Shown here piece after piece: positions 36,794-49,587 of a stretch of 64,000 nucleotides of DNA (position 1 is its first letter; each line of letters starts with the position of its first letter). The DNA comes from Torpedo marmorata. Its lineage: Eukaryota. The translations under genes and the position numbers were made by a program. The notes beneath the pieces were generated by a model. The model saw only the letters and a program-made list of their open reading frames with translations, had not been told where the DNA came from and ran no database searches. The DNA lies in assembly GCA_977017645.1 (NCBI GenBank), contig OZ360222.1, forward strand, positions 205,530,001 to 205,594,000, read 5' to 3'.

Positions 36794-37973
36794 GTGAAAC
36801 ATGAAAGTCTGCAGATGCTGTGATTATAGTAAAAACACACTGAAATGCTGGAGGAACTCAGCCGGTCTTTCAGAGTCCAAAAAAGCAAAGATATATTGCC
36901 GACGTTTCGAGCCTGAGCCCTTCTTCAAGGAATGAGCAGAATGATCCAGAAGCAGGAAATCTCAGAAAATCTTAGAATTCAGACAATGCTGGCTGGGGGA
37001 GGAATCCAGACCAACAAAAGGTGTTAGTTGGATATAATCAGGGATGAGGTAAGAATTTATCATGTTTGTGCGAAAGGAGACAGGGAAGGGAGAGACAGAG
37101 CTGGAGGAGGGTGGGGGGAGGGTTTTAACGAACGCCAGAGAAGTCGTTATTAATGCCATCCGGTTGGAGGGTTCCCAGTCGGAAGATGAGGTGTTGTTCC
37201 TCCAATTTGTGGGTGGCCTCAGTCTGGCAGTGCATGAGACCATGGACAGACATGTCAGCAAGGAAATGGGATGGGGAATTGAAATGGGTGGCCACTTGGG
37301 AGATCCACGCTATTGCAGCGGACAGAGCCGAGGTGCTCAAGAAAGTAATCTCTCAGTCTCCGTCCAGTCTCTCCGATGAAGAGGAGACCACCACGGGAGC
37401 ACTGGATGCAGTAGATGACCTCTGCAGATTCACAAGTGAAGTGTTGCTTTACTTGGAAGGACTGTTTGGGGCCCCGAATGGTGCTGAGGGAGGAGGTGTG
37501 GGCGCAAGTGGAGCATCTCCTGTGGTCACAGGGATAGGTACCAAGGGGACGATTGGTGGGGAGGGAGGAGTGGACAAGGGAGTCATGGAGGGAGCGGTCC
37601 CTGCGGAAGGTGGAGAGGGGAATATGTGTCAAGTGGTGGGATCACGTAGTAAGTGGCGGAAATGGCGGAGCAGGATGAGTTGGATGCGGAGGCTGGTGGG
37701 GTGGTAGGTGAAGACAAGAGGAATCCTGTCCTTGTTGCACGTGGGGGAGGAGGGGCCCAGGGCAGGTGTGCGGGTAATGGAGGATATGCGGGTGAGTGCC
37801 GAGTAGATGGTGGTAGAGGGAAAGCCACGTTGTTTGAAGAAGGAGGACATCTCTGATGATTTGGCATGGAAGTCCTCATCCTGGGTGCAGATGCGACGGA
37901 GACGGAGGAATTGAGAGAATGGAATGGAATCCTTTCAGGGGACAGTGGGAAGAGGTGTCGTCGAGGTAGCTGT
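36794..37973 (-). mobile_element. 5'-truncated Penelope-like element (second family), GIY-YIG end plus pLTR
   Basis: VIYCIQCSRGGLLFIGETGRRL, LEEQHLIFRLGTLQPDG; terminus gaaatgctggaggaactcagc. Confidence 0.92.
36895..36934 (-). ncRNA. Minimal hammerhead ribozyme-like motif
   Basis: Minus strand attcc-TTGAAGA-agggctcaggctc-GAAACGTC-ggcaat. Confidence 0.6.
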
Positions 37974-39207
37974 AACGTCATGTCCTGCACCATGGATCGT
38001 TTAACCATGCAGAGCGGGTCACTAAGCAGAAGCTAAAATAACTTTTTATAACCTGTAGAAACATCTTTCTTGTTTAATACTGTATGTTTATGCACTTCCT
38101 TAATCCAAATGAACAATTGATTCAGCTTTTGCAGTTGGATCCTCCAATTAAGTCCTGTCTTAAGCTTTGTTCCAATGTTATGGGATGTAATATTTGCTTT
38201 TCTCTTGCTCTCCTTCTGTCATGCAGATTTGAGTTCAAGCCTGTGTTTGAATCGAGAGAATGCATCTAGCTAATTGCAACGATGAGATCATTAGTTTAGA
38301 CCCAATTTTTGCATTTGGAGATGGAAGAATGCACCGGTAGCAGAGAATAACCAGTAATAACCAGTAATGCTAAATTTCTAATCAAATAAGAGGAGTCTAT
38401 GGTATGTAAACTCCCACTCCATATGATTTTGCTGTTTCAAGCAGGTCTCACTGGAACCTGGGTTATATATATTTTACTGTTGTTTGTGGATATATTTTAA
38501 TTCAGAGTGAATTACCACACTGAATCGAGTGGTTTAAGAAACCATTCTTGGCGCACTGAGGGGAAGGGCAATGAATGTGTCTGTGGTGGGTTTCCGAATC
38601 TTTGCAACTGGAGGTCATGTCAGGTAAGAATCTGCCGCATTGCTGTCGGCACGGCGTTACACATATTCCAGGTGGTTAAGGATGGCGGGTTTCCTTCCTG
38701 ATGTTAGTTTTTAAAGGCAGGCTGAATTTCATTGAAACTCATTTCAGCGTTAACTTCTTGATTATTTCATAAATTTGATATCAAATTGTATCAGGGAAGA
38801 TGGATCGTGAGGCAGGGCTCTGTGTTACTGGTCCAGCAACTTGACCATGATGCCACGATGTCCCTTAGTTGGAGGTTATAGGTGGAGTTTATGACAAGGG
38901 GTGGAAAACTGCCAGCGGCCTTTGTTATTCCAGGGTCAATGCTTTCCTTATTTACCTTTTCATTCTCTCTCTTGGTCAAAAGCTAATTGTGGCCCAGAGC
39001 AGAGAGACGTACGCTGCAGGCCTCGTGCCTTGGTGATTGGTCTCACTTGCATTCAGCTCAATGATATATGACCATGCGCTGCTCGGGAAATTGAAAACAA
39101 AAGTAAGGAGCTTGTCTGTCATTTCCACAGGGCATTAGGAGCATCCACATCTGGAGTTATAAAAGGAAGCTTGGAAATGCACAAGAATCAGTTCTGACAC
39201 TGTTTAC

Positions 39208-39377
39208 CCAGAAATGCTGGAGGAACTTGGCAAGTCTTGCAGCAGTATTACCTTGAAGAACGGCTTGGGCCCAAAACATCTTTAACACCTATGGATGCTG
39301 CGAGACCTGCTGAGTTCCTCCAGCATTTCTGTGCTTCTACTACAAGCACAGAATCTGTAGACATTCGTGTTTCCCCC
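39208..39377. mobile_element. Palindromic mini-Penelope inside a decayed CR1 (~39100-39790)
   Basis: cagaaatgctggaggaact...agttcctccagcatttctg inverted pair with a decayed hammerhead core; 14-bp TSD ctgacacWgtttac at 39194-39207 and 39378-39391. Confidence 0.8.
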
Positions 39378-40016
39378 CTGACACAGTTTACTAGACTGAT
39401 ACCTGGGATGAGTACGTTGTCTCATGAGGCAAGGTTGGACAATCAGGGCTTGTGATACTGAGGTTTAGAACAGTGGGAGAGGATTTGATTGAAATACGCA
39501 AGATCCTGGTGCTGGGTATGGAGAAGCTGTTTTCTCTTCTGAGAATTCTGGAGTTAGGAGTAGCTGATTAAAGCTAAGGAATCGCTCATTTAAAGCAGAG
39601 ATTAGGTAAAATTATTTGAGTGTTGTGGGTCTGTTCCTCAAAGGGTGGTGCAAGCAGAACCTTTGAAGGCAGAAGTAGGTGGATTCTTGATAAAGAAAAA
39701 AGTAAAAGGTGCATCGATATGATATAGAGTTTAAGCCATGATCTTGTTCAATGGGGAGAATGCTGTGCAGTGGGTGACTCAGTCTTGTTGCTAAATAACA
39801 TGTTGGTGACCAGTTTTGAGGCTTTTGGGTTTGGCAGTATGAGAGCTATTCAGGACATCGAGGTGTCAATGGTCTGGAATTTAAGATATCTAGCCATCAA
39901 CAGAAACAGATAAACTTGCTCCCTAGTTCATAAGTATCCATAAAATGTATCAGAGAATGCTTTTTCCTGCTCTCAATCAGCTGTAGTTGATTATAGAGGA
40001 TGATTCATGTCATTAT

Positions 40017-40813
40017 TCAAGATTCCTTTATTGTCATGTAATCGTACAGAACATGTAATATTACACAAAATTGCCTTCTGCCCGCTGTAAAGCAGAAAAA
40101 GAGTCACCATTAGTGTTGCCTGGCACTCCTTACCATAAGAGAAAAAAAGAAGCAAAAGAGAGTCCCTTAGGAGTCACTGAGAGTTCGTGGATTTGCCTCC
40201 AGCGCTCCCGCAGCCTCTGCAGCCGCACAGACTCCTGTTCGATCCATCAGCAACCCGAGCTCCAGATCCAAACATCCAACACAATCGGGAAGCCTTCCGC
40301 ACCCAGGGCCTTTCGGGATCCCTTCTTGCCCTCAGCACCCTCTCGAATCCCCAGTTCTGATACCAGGTTCCCATGAGCCAGTCTCCAGCAGCCCGTGCAG
40401 GTCCCTCGACCGCAGGTCGCCTGCAGCCTGTGTGGGTCCCACAGCCATTAAGCCCCTCACTGGCCCGTCGCTGTGGTCACTGTCCTATACGGTCGCCTCA
40501 TTTGCTTCTCCTTCTCAATGGGGGGTGTTCTCTCTGTTTCTGGTGCCCTGCGCCAGTCCACTGCTTCCTGGAGTCTGCAACCCCTCATGGCTGCTGCCGA
40601 GCACCAGTGTCGCCATCTTGGGCACAGACCCCACGGTTGCAGGAACTAAATAAAACGCCATTGGCTCCTTTAACAGGCTGTTTAAAGCCAGTACTGAGCC
40701 ACAGGCATTAAGAACAGGTGGTTGAACCCTTTGGAGCAGTGCTGTGTCTCCGCTCTCCCGGGTCTGCACCAGAAGCAGCACTGCCATTACAGCAGCTCCG
40801 GCACTGCCGCCAT
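40017..40813 (-). mobile_element. GC-rich non-autonomous retroelement, copy 3 (diverged, full length)
   Basis: Reverse starts aaatggcggcagtgccggagc, ends atgacaataaaggaatcttgaa; collinear with 5610-6455. Confidence 0.85.
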
Positions 40814-41802
40814 TTATTTGTGTTGCCTCTTCTCCCATCAGGCATAAAAGTTTGGCATGTTTCTTTCTTTAACCCTGCCACGAATTACTGAAATAAAAAG
40901 CTTGTCAGGCAGAGGATTGAACTGTCAGTCAGCACCTGAATGCTATTTTCTGCATGCTGCAATGCATGTTCCTACCAGCAGATGGCAGGAGAAAATAAAA
41001 AGGCCATCCACCCCAGGGCAACTTTCAACCCTGGAAGATTCAGCTTCAGTAAAAGGCACATCGACGTGTCCACCCAACAGTTAAAATGCCTGTTTGTGAG
41101 ATAAGTAGTTATCGTTTTGCTCAAATCTTTACTTAGTCTCAGCATTTTTGTATCTTTTATTGTTTCAGCCTTTGAGTTTAAGGATGACTTGCTGCCACTG
41201 TGGAGCCAGATGAAGCCAGTGTGGGACCTTGTCAGGTAGCAGAGGAGGTGCTAGATGTTAAGGGTGGTTGATTTGGCATGTGGGGTGCTCCTTGTACTAT
41301 TAACACTGGTGTTTCCAGCACATGGACTTGAAGTTCTCAGTCCCATCCTGGATGCCTTCTATTTATGGAATAGTTCTCAGTCCCATCCTGCACATGCTCT
41401 GGCCTTCTATTCTCAGTGACTCCTTGAAATCGAGGACGACGTTTTCACTCGGGTTTTGCGAGCTCTGAGGCGACAGTGCAGGAGCTGCATTTTCACCCAT
41501 AGATGGAATGTTCTGGACTGGAGCCACCACAAGGCTGTAAAAAACACTACAGAAATGCTGCTGGATTGGTTGGTATTACGGCATAGTCCATCTACAGCTG
41601 GCTGTCTCCGAGCCTGAAAGAGAGCCTTTGCTTCTGTGTCCTCATCTTATTGAAGTAGACTATCATAGAAAATGGATTCGCAAATTGAGCCCAGTGATAG
41701 TTAAGTGTTCACCTGTGAAGCTTGTGCAGATTTGTATCCATAAATAGATGCAAAAAAGCAACGAAAATGAAACAAAATTTCATGGAATGATTTGTGTTTC
41801 AG

Positions 41803-41992
41803 TTCCTGAAAAGTAATTTTTGTAACTTAAGAACTTCCTCGGAGGCAAACAAAATTGATTCTGAGGACTTCAGACAAAGCCCACCATTTCAGCAGGAGTA
41901 TTCAGCTCCTGCTATTCACACCATCGAGGCTCAGCGAAGCATGGCTTGCAGTGATGCTGGATGGCTCGGTATGGAACACCCAGATTTATCAG
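41803..41992 (+). CDS. Possible further exon of the KIAA1671-like gene
   Basis: Acceptor tttgtgtttcag| with open phase-0 frame (FLKSNFCNLRTSSEANKIDSEDFRQSPP...); donor uncertain (gt at 41969 or CAG|gcaag at 41993). No homology recognised. Confidence 0.3.
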
Positions 41993-42019
41993 GCAAGCCT
42001 CTGTTATTATACAATCTTT

Positions 42020-45000
42020 GAGATGGGGGGTGGCAGGAGTTCAACAAAATGGTGCGAAATGCTGATGAGTGCTGGCCTTAGAAGGGCGCTAAATTTTCAA
42101 TGACTTTTAACGACCACCCTCCACTACACGTCAATAACTCTAGTGGAGAGCACCAAGTTTCTTGGAGTTCCTTAACTAGTGACCTATTGTGTGGGCATAC
42201 AACATCTCCTCACTTGTCAGGAAGGTGCAATAGCGACTGCACTTCCTGAGAAGACTGAAGCAGGCAAGGCTACCGGCCACCCTTATGTCAACCTTCTACA
42301 AGAGCTCTATCGAGAGCGTCCTGGCCGGTTGCATCACAGTGTGGTACAGTTGTTGCAGAGAAATGAATCAGAGGTCAATCCACAGGATCATAAGAGTGGC
42401 AGAGAGGATCATTGGAGTTTCCCTCCACCACCGCCACCACGTGATCTAACGTTGATTCCAAGATGGCGCCTTACAGCGGCGACTCTTTGCGTGCAGCTCT
42501 GAAGGGAATAATCAAATATTCCCGTTCAGAACTTCTAAAAATCAAACAAAAAATAAGAAATATAAAATCAAACTTACCCGACAGCATGGATGTACAAAGA
42601 TCGCTGGCAGACCTTGGAATCGGCAGAAGCAGTAGTCTCCGTCGGGCCGCGGGACCTTTAAACAGCTCACGCAAGTACAACAACAACACCGCGGGACCTT
42701 TAAACAACTCACACAAGTACAACAACAACACCGTGGGAGGTTTAAACAGACCGAGAACGGGCCATTTAAACATCGCGGGAGTCGCAGACAGCAGGCACTC
42801 ACCACATTTAAACATCGTGGAGGATTTAAAGGGACAGCGCACGGACCACTTAAACATGGCGGGAACTACCAGCAGCGGACCCACGGGCCAGGTAAAGAAG
42901 ACCCAACCACGTGGACGCAGAGGGGGGCTACAGGTCAAGCTGAGACGCGGGGACCTGAAGCTTCCGCTCCCTACCATCCTCCTGGCCAACGTACAATCCT
43001 TGGAGAACAAATTGATGAACTCCAAGCCAGACTTCAACATCAGAGAGTCATCAGGGAGTGCTACGTGATGTGCTTTACAGAAACGTGGCTAAACGCGGAC
43101 ATTCCGGACATGGCGCTGCAGCCCAAGGGCTACACCCTCCATCGCGCTGACCGAACACCGGTGTCTGGAAAAAACAGGGGTGGCGGCGTTTGTGCCATCA
43201 TCAATTCATCGTGGTGCACAGACGTGACGGTCATGTCCCAGTCCTGCTCCCCCGACCTGGAACATCTGGCGATCAAGTGTCGCCCATTCTATCTGCCGAG
43301 GGAGTTCACCGCCATCGTCCTGGTCGCAGTGTACATTCCGCCCCAGGCTAACATCAGGCTGGCACTGTGATAAACAGCCATGAGACAGCACATCCTGATG
43401 CCTTCCCGATCATTGTGGGAGACTTCAATCAGGTCAATCTGAAGAAATCACTGACAAACTACCACCAACACATCACATGCGAGACCAGGGGAACCAACAC
43501 ACTCGGCCACAGCTACACCACCGTGAAGAACGCATACCGAGCCATACCACGACCACACTTCGGCAAGTCTGATCACCTGGCTGTACTTCTACTCCCGGCG
43601 TACAAGCAGAGACTGAAGACCGCAGCACCAGTGGTGAGGACGGCGAAAGTATGGTCGAGGGGGGTGGAGGAGCATCTGCAGGACTGCTTTGAATCGGTGG
43701 ACTGGAACATATTCAAGCACTCAGCCAGAGACCTGAAAGAATATGCAACAGGTGTCACCGACTTCATTAAAACCTGCGTGGATGAGTGTGTGCCCACACG
43801 CAAATACCGGGTGTTCCCCAACCAGAAGCCCTGGATGAATCAGAGAATTCGCAACCTGCTGAGGACGAGAACAAGGGCGTTTAAGGCCGGGGACCGGAAT
43901 CTTTACAAGAAGTCCAGGCACGACCTGCGGAAGGCCATCTCTGAAGCAAAGTGGCAATTCCAGAGGAAGCTAGAGACAGAGACAGATACACGCCAGCTAT
44001 GGCAGGGAGTGCAGGCCATTACAGTCTACAAAGCGAGGGCGAACACTATAGACGGCTGTGATGCTTCACTATCCGATGAGCTGAACACCTACTATGCCCG
44101 CTTTGAGAAGAAGAACAAAACAATGCCTACTAGAATCCTTGAAAAGGCTGAGGACCCTGTAATATCTGTCTCTGAGGGCGACGTCAGAACATCATTCAAG
44201 AGGGTGAACCCTCGCAAGGCGTCAGGCCATGAAGGCGTACCTGGCAGGGTACTGAAAAACTGTGCCAACCAACTAGCCGGAGTGTTCACGGACATTCTCA
44301 ACCTCTCATTGCGGCAGTCAGAGGTTCCCACCTGCTTCAAAAGGGCATCAATCATCCCGGTACCCAAGAAGAGTAGTGTGGGCTGCCTCAACGACTACCG
44401 CCCAGTAGCACTAACTTCTACTGTGATGAAATGCTTTGAGAGGCTGGTCATGGCCAGAATTAACACGTACCTAAGCAAAGATCTGGACCCACTGCAATTC
44501 GCCTATCGTCACAATCGCTCCACAGAAGATGCAATATCGCTGGCTCTCCACTCAGTTCTGGATCACCTCGAAAACAGCAACTCATACATATGGCTGCTCT
44601 TCATCGACTACAGCTCGGCCTTCAATACCATTATTCCCTCAGTGCTGGTGAAGAAGCTACAAACTCTAGGCCTCTGTACCTCACTCTGCAACTGGATCCT
44701 TGACTTTCTCATCGGAAGACCACAGTCAGTACGAATTGGAAACAACGTCGCCTCCTCACTGATTATCAACACAGGAGCACCCCAAGGATGCGTGCTTAGC
44801 CCACTGCTCTACTCGTTATACACCCATGACTGTGTAGCCAGGCACAATTCCAATACCATCTACAAGTTTGCCGATGACACCACAATTGTCAGCAGAATCA
44901 CAAACGGCAATGAGGAAGTGTACAGGAGGGAGATAGAGCAGATCGTTGAATGGTGTAATGACAACAACCTTGAGCTCAACGTCAGCAAAACCAAGGAGAT

Positions 45001-46050
45001 GATTGTGGACTTCAGGAGGAAGTCAGGGGAACATGACCCAGTCCTCATCGAGGGCTCAGTCGTGGAGAGGGTCAAGAACTTCAAATTCCTGGGTGTCAAC
45101 ATCTCCGAGGATCTGTCCTGGTGCATCCACGTTGATGCAATCACAAAGAAGGCTCGTCAGCGGCTATACTTTGTGATGTGTCTGCGGAGATTCGGTATGT
45201 CACCGAAGACTCTCATAAACTTCTACAGGTGTACTTTGGAGAGCATTCTGGCTGGTTGCATCACTGCCTGGTATGGAGGCGCCAACTCTCAGGGCAAGAG
45301 TAAACTCCAGAGGGTTGTTAACTCGGCCTGTGACATCACAGGCACCAAACTTCACTCCATCGAGGACATCTAAATGAGGCGGTGTCTTAAAAAGGCAGCC
45401 TCTATCCTCAAAGACCTCCACCACCCAGGCTATGCCCTCTTCACTCTGCTTCCATTGGAAAAAACGTACAGGAGCCTAAAGACGAGCACTCAACGGCACA
45501 AGAACTGCTTCTTCCCCGTTGCCATCAGATTCCTGAATAATCAATGAACCAAAGACACTGCCTTACTTTTTGTGCACTATTATTTATAATTTTTTATAGT
45601 AATGTCGTAAGATGGTTAATATGAATGTTAATTGCACTATGATGCTGCCGCAAAACACCGAATTTCATGACTTGTTCATGACAATAAATTCTGATTCTGA
45701 TTCTGAAGAGGGCATGCAAAATCATCTTTCAACTGCTCCCATCAGGAAAAAGATACAGGAGCATCAGAACCAGCACCACCAGGCTGAGGAACAGCTTCTT
45801 CCCACGGGGAGTGAGAATGTTGAACGACCAAAGGAACTGCTCACACGAACCATCCGAGATTCTCATATTTACGAAACAATATTTATTTGTATGTATGAAT
45901 ACTTGTCCTGCATATGAATTGTTTTTTCTGTATGTGTGTTATGTCTGGTTGTGTGTCTGCGTGTTTTGCACCGAGGACCGGAGAACACTGTTTCGTCGGG
46001 CTGTACTTGTGCAATCAGTTGACAATAAACTTGATTTGACTTGACTTGAA
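42020..46050 (+). mobile_element. Older Rex1-type LINE (parts ~42020-42450 and 45706-46050) hosting the younger Rex1
   Basis: Decayed RT C-terminus (gtggagagcaccaagtttcttggagt...aaccttctac...atcgagagcgtcctggccggttgcatcac) resumes after 45705 and ends gacaataa(acttg)n. Confidence 0.75.
42455..45705 (+). mobile_element. Near full-length Rex1/Babar LINE (copy D): APE endonuclease + RT in one interrupted ORF
   Basis: LPTILLANVQSLENK, MCFTETWL, GGGVC, VYIPP, GDFN, HFGKSDH (APE); RT motifs to KFADDTT; two frameshifts (~43010, ~43368) and a stop at 45371; (attctg)n tail. Confidence 0.95.
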
Positions 46051-46214
46051 CCAAAACTTAAAAAGAAAAATGGCTTGTTTATGGGTGTCACTTGGAACAG
46101 GAACAAAGGCAGGCAGCAATTTGGAAATGGGCAGAAAAATAGTTCTGCAAATATTTTAATGTAATAAGAAGTGGAGGATATGGAGAGATAAAGGCATAGA
46201 TTTAAGGTAGGAAT

Positions 46215-46870
46215 TCTAGAATCATCAGTGTCCTAGAGTCTTGCTGTCCCACAGGCCCGGCTTGTCCCTGCCAAACAATGTGCTCTCTTGCTTTCGTCCC
46301 ACTTGCCCACATTAGACCAATTCCCCTCCAATCCTTCCTGTACATGTAGTTATCCAAGTATTTTTAAAGGAAGCTAATGTACCTGCCTCTACGATGTCAT
46401 CTGGCACCTCATTCCATGTGCCCACCACCCTCGAGTGAAGAACTGTTCATTCACGCCCCTCCCAAATCTCACCCCTGACTTTTATAGTTATACCCTCTAG
46501 CCTTTGATTCTCGTACTCCAGGAAACAGATGGTCACTACTCACCTTATCAATGTCCCTCCTGATTTTATGGACCTCATAGATCCCCTCTCTACTTCCCAC
46601 ACTCTAATGTGCCTAGTTTTTCCAGTCTCTCACAATAACTCAACTTCCCAAATCTTGGCAAAAACCTTGTAAATCTTTTCTGTACCCTTTCCAACGTTAT
46701 AATATCTTTCCTACAGCTAAGCAACCAAAACTGCACACAATATTCCAAGTGTAGCCCTACCAACATCTTGTATAACTTCAACATGACATCCCAACCCTGG
46801 TATTCAATGCCTCGACTGATGAAGGCAAGCATCCCAAACGCTCTCTTCACTGCTCTGTCTACCTGAGCAA
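46215..46870 (-). mobile_element. CR1 3' fragment (old)
   Basis: ORF 46590-46850 HLEYCVQFW...LERVQKRFTR. Confidence 0.85.
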
Positions 46871-47915
46871 TTAATTTTGATTAACGTGCCTGATATCTTG
46901 GAGGATTGCAGGTCTGAAAATCATAAGAAAAAGATGGAGAGGAGAGGCCAAGGAGGGATTTGAGAACAGGGGTGTAGATTATACATAGTGGTTTGTCTGA
47001 ACTGGTTGCCAGTGCAAAGCAACAAAGCACAAAGAAAGTGAGACTACAGCTGGAGAGATAGGTGCCCAGTGCAGTTCGGGTGCTGGCTACTCCTGATACC
47101 TGCATTGATACCTGTCTGAATAAGACTAGTTGAGATGAAGATGATTGGAATCTTGTGTGTTGTGTGTTTTCGTCAAGGTTCTTTGTTCTCATGATATTAG
47201 AAAAAACAGAAAATCTTGTTTGTGCATATTGGTGGAAATGAGGACAAGTCGACAAGAATTCTTGTCACGGTTCAGATGTACAAATTGAAGATTGTCAGGT
47301 TTTATGATTTGCTTTTTTTTTGGAATTTGCACAGAATTACATTAAAAATTCCCATGCAGGGAATTCCCATGCAGGGAATTAGACCAGTTCCATCTGGTTC
47401 TCCCTCAGCACACCCCTCTCATCCAATATTCCAACAATTTGTTTCTCCCATGGATTTATCTCACTTTTCCTGAAATGGGTCTTTTCTTTCTTGCTCCTTT
47501 ATTCCTCATGATTTCCACATTCTAACCACACTCTCGGCTGTCATTTTACCTGAAATTCCCACTGGATGTATTTGTGCCTATTTTATATATTCAGGCAGTC
47601 CCTGTGTTATGTAAGGGTTCTGTTGTAAGCCGATATCCAGCAAGTCAGAAGCATCCATTTTCTACAGTAACCCATATTGCACCCCTCTAAATACAGTTAC
47701 GATAATTATTTTCATTGAACAATCACCCAAACATTAACCGTAGTTAAACAGATGAAATATGCACTGTATCCAGTCATTAGATCCAATCACATCTGTGGGC
47801 ATTGAAGCAAGCTTCAAGTTAGATGTCACACAGCTTTTGAGCAAGTACAGAAGGTGGGAAAAGTGGGCTGAGGTGCGAATGGAAGGGCTGACCTTTGACA
47901 GGTTGGAAGGCAGAA

Positions 47916-49492
47916 TAAATTAACATGGAATTATGAGATGGGAGGATTATAAATTAACATGGAATTATGAGATGGGAGGATTACAACTTCCTAATTTTCA
48001 ACATTATTATAAAGTAGCTCAGTTAAAATTTATTAATGAATTTTTTGATTTAAATAAATCTTCTGCTTGGATTAATATAGAATTGAACAATATGGGAGAA
48101 ATACATAAAGAAGATATTATTTATAAATGGAATCCTAAATTATTATTACTTAAAAAGAAAAAAACACCAATTATTAAACATTTGTTGGAAATTTGGTCGC
48201 AAGTAGATAAGGAGATAGGTCAAAAAGGATTAATTTCTTTAAATACACCAATATATCAGAATCCGCTTTTAACATTTTCTATGGATAATCAGTTACTTAA
48301 GTTATGGTTTTTAAAGGGAGTTAAGACACTAAAAGATTGTTTTGAAGCAGGTAGATTTGTTACCTTTCAGAGGTTAAAAGAAAAATTTAATATATTAGAT
48401 AATACAATGTTAGTTTATTTTCAAGTTAGAGCTTTTTTGACTGAGAGACTAGGGAATGAATTAACAGTACCAAGACAAAGTGAATTGGAGTTATTAATTA
48501 CCAAAGTCAATGTTAATAAATTTATATCACAAATAAATTTATATCACAAATGTATAAGTTGTTTCAAAGAAAGATGTCTAAGGCAGGAGAACATAAGTCT
48601 AGATTGAAATGGGAATTAGATTTGAATGTTAATATAGACGAAAAACATTGGAAAGATTTATGTAAACTAAGTATGACAAAAGTTATTAATGTGAGATATA
48701 GATTAGTACAATATAATTTTTTTCATCAATTGTATTTGACACCTAAAAAATTGAAGAAATTTAATCCAGCGTTATCAGATATGTGTTTTAGATGTAAAAC
48801 TGAAATAGGATCTTTTGTACATTGTACATGGTCATGTTCAAAAATTCAAGATTTTTGGTTGAAAGTTAAGAATTTTTTAGAAAGAATTTTTAGTGTTGAA
48901 ATTACAATGGACCCTATGTTATTTTTATTTGGAGATATTAAAAACTTTAGTATTAGACATAAATTGAATATGTATCAAGTAGAATTTTTACGTATAGTAT
49001 TAGCAGTTTCGAAAAAATGTATAGCTATTACTTGGAAATCGGATGTTGATTTAAATCTAGAACGATGGCATGCAGAGTTACGGTCATGTATACCATTGGA
49101 AAAAATTACCTATAATTTACGAAATAAATATCATTCTTTTTTGAAAATTTGGGGCCCATATACGAGGATTATGGGTTTAACATTGTGAACTCTCTGGATA
49201 TTAGACCTACCGGCGAAATAACCTCTAAGATATACTAGTTTTTTTTTTTTTTAAGCTTATTGACTCCTCGCTCTATCTTTCTATCTCTTTTTTTTCTCTT
49301 TTTCTTTTACTATTATTATTTTATTATATCTTAATTAGATTAGGGGGTATAGGGGTTAGGGAGGGGAGGGTGGGATGAGGGGGGGAGAAAATGTAATCAC
49401 ATGTATTTTTTTTAAAAAAAAATTATATGCAAATTATTTTATGTAATGTGTGATTTAAAAACTTAAATAAAATATTAAAAAAAAAAAAAAAA
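47916..49492 (+). mobile_element. 5'-truncated L1 with poly(A) tail
   Basis: ORFs 47933-48607 and 48550-49188; A-tail ~49477-49493; 16-bp TSD aggttggaaggcagaa at 47900-47915 and 49493-49508. Confidence 0.95.
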
Positions 49493-49587
49493 AGGTTGGA
49501 AGGCAGAAATGATTAGATATCAACATGAATGATGGGGAGTAGGGAAGGGACAGGAAACAAAAGTGTGATCTGGAGAAGGTGTGAATA

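Noticed and set aside
47347-47380. 15-bp tandem duplication aattcccatgcaggg; similar 19-bp duplicate at 41332-41390
   Set aside because: Isolated local duplications with no associated element or coding effect.
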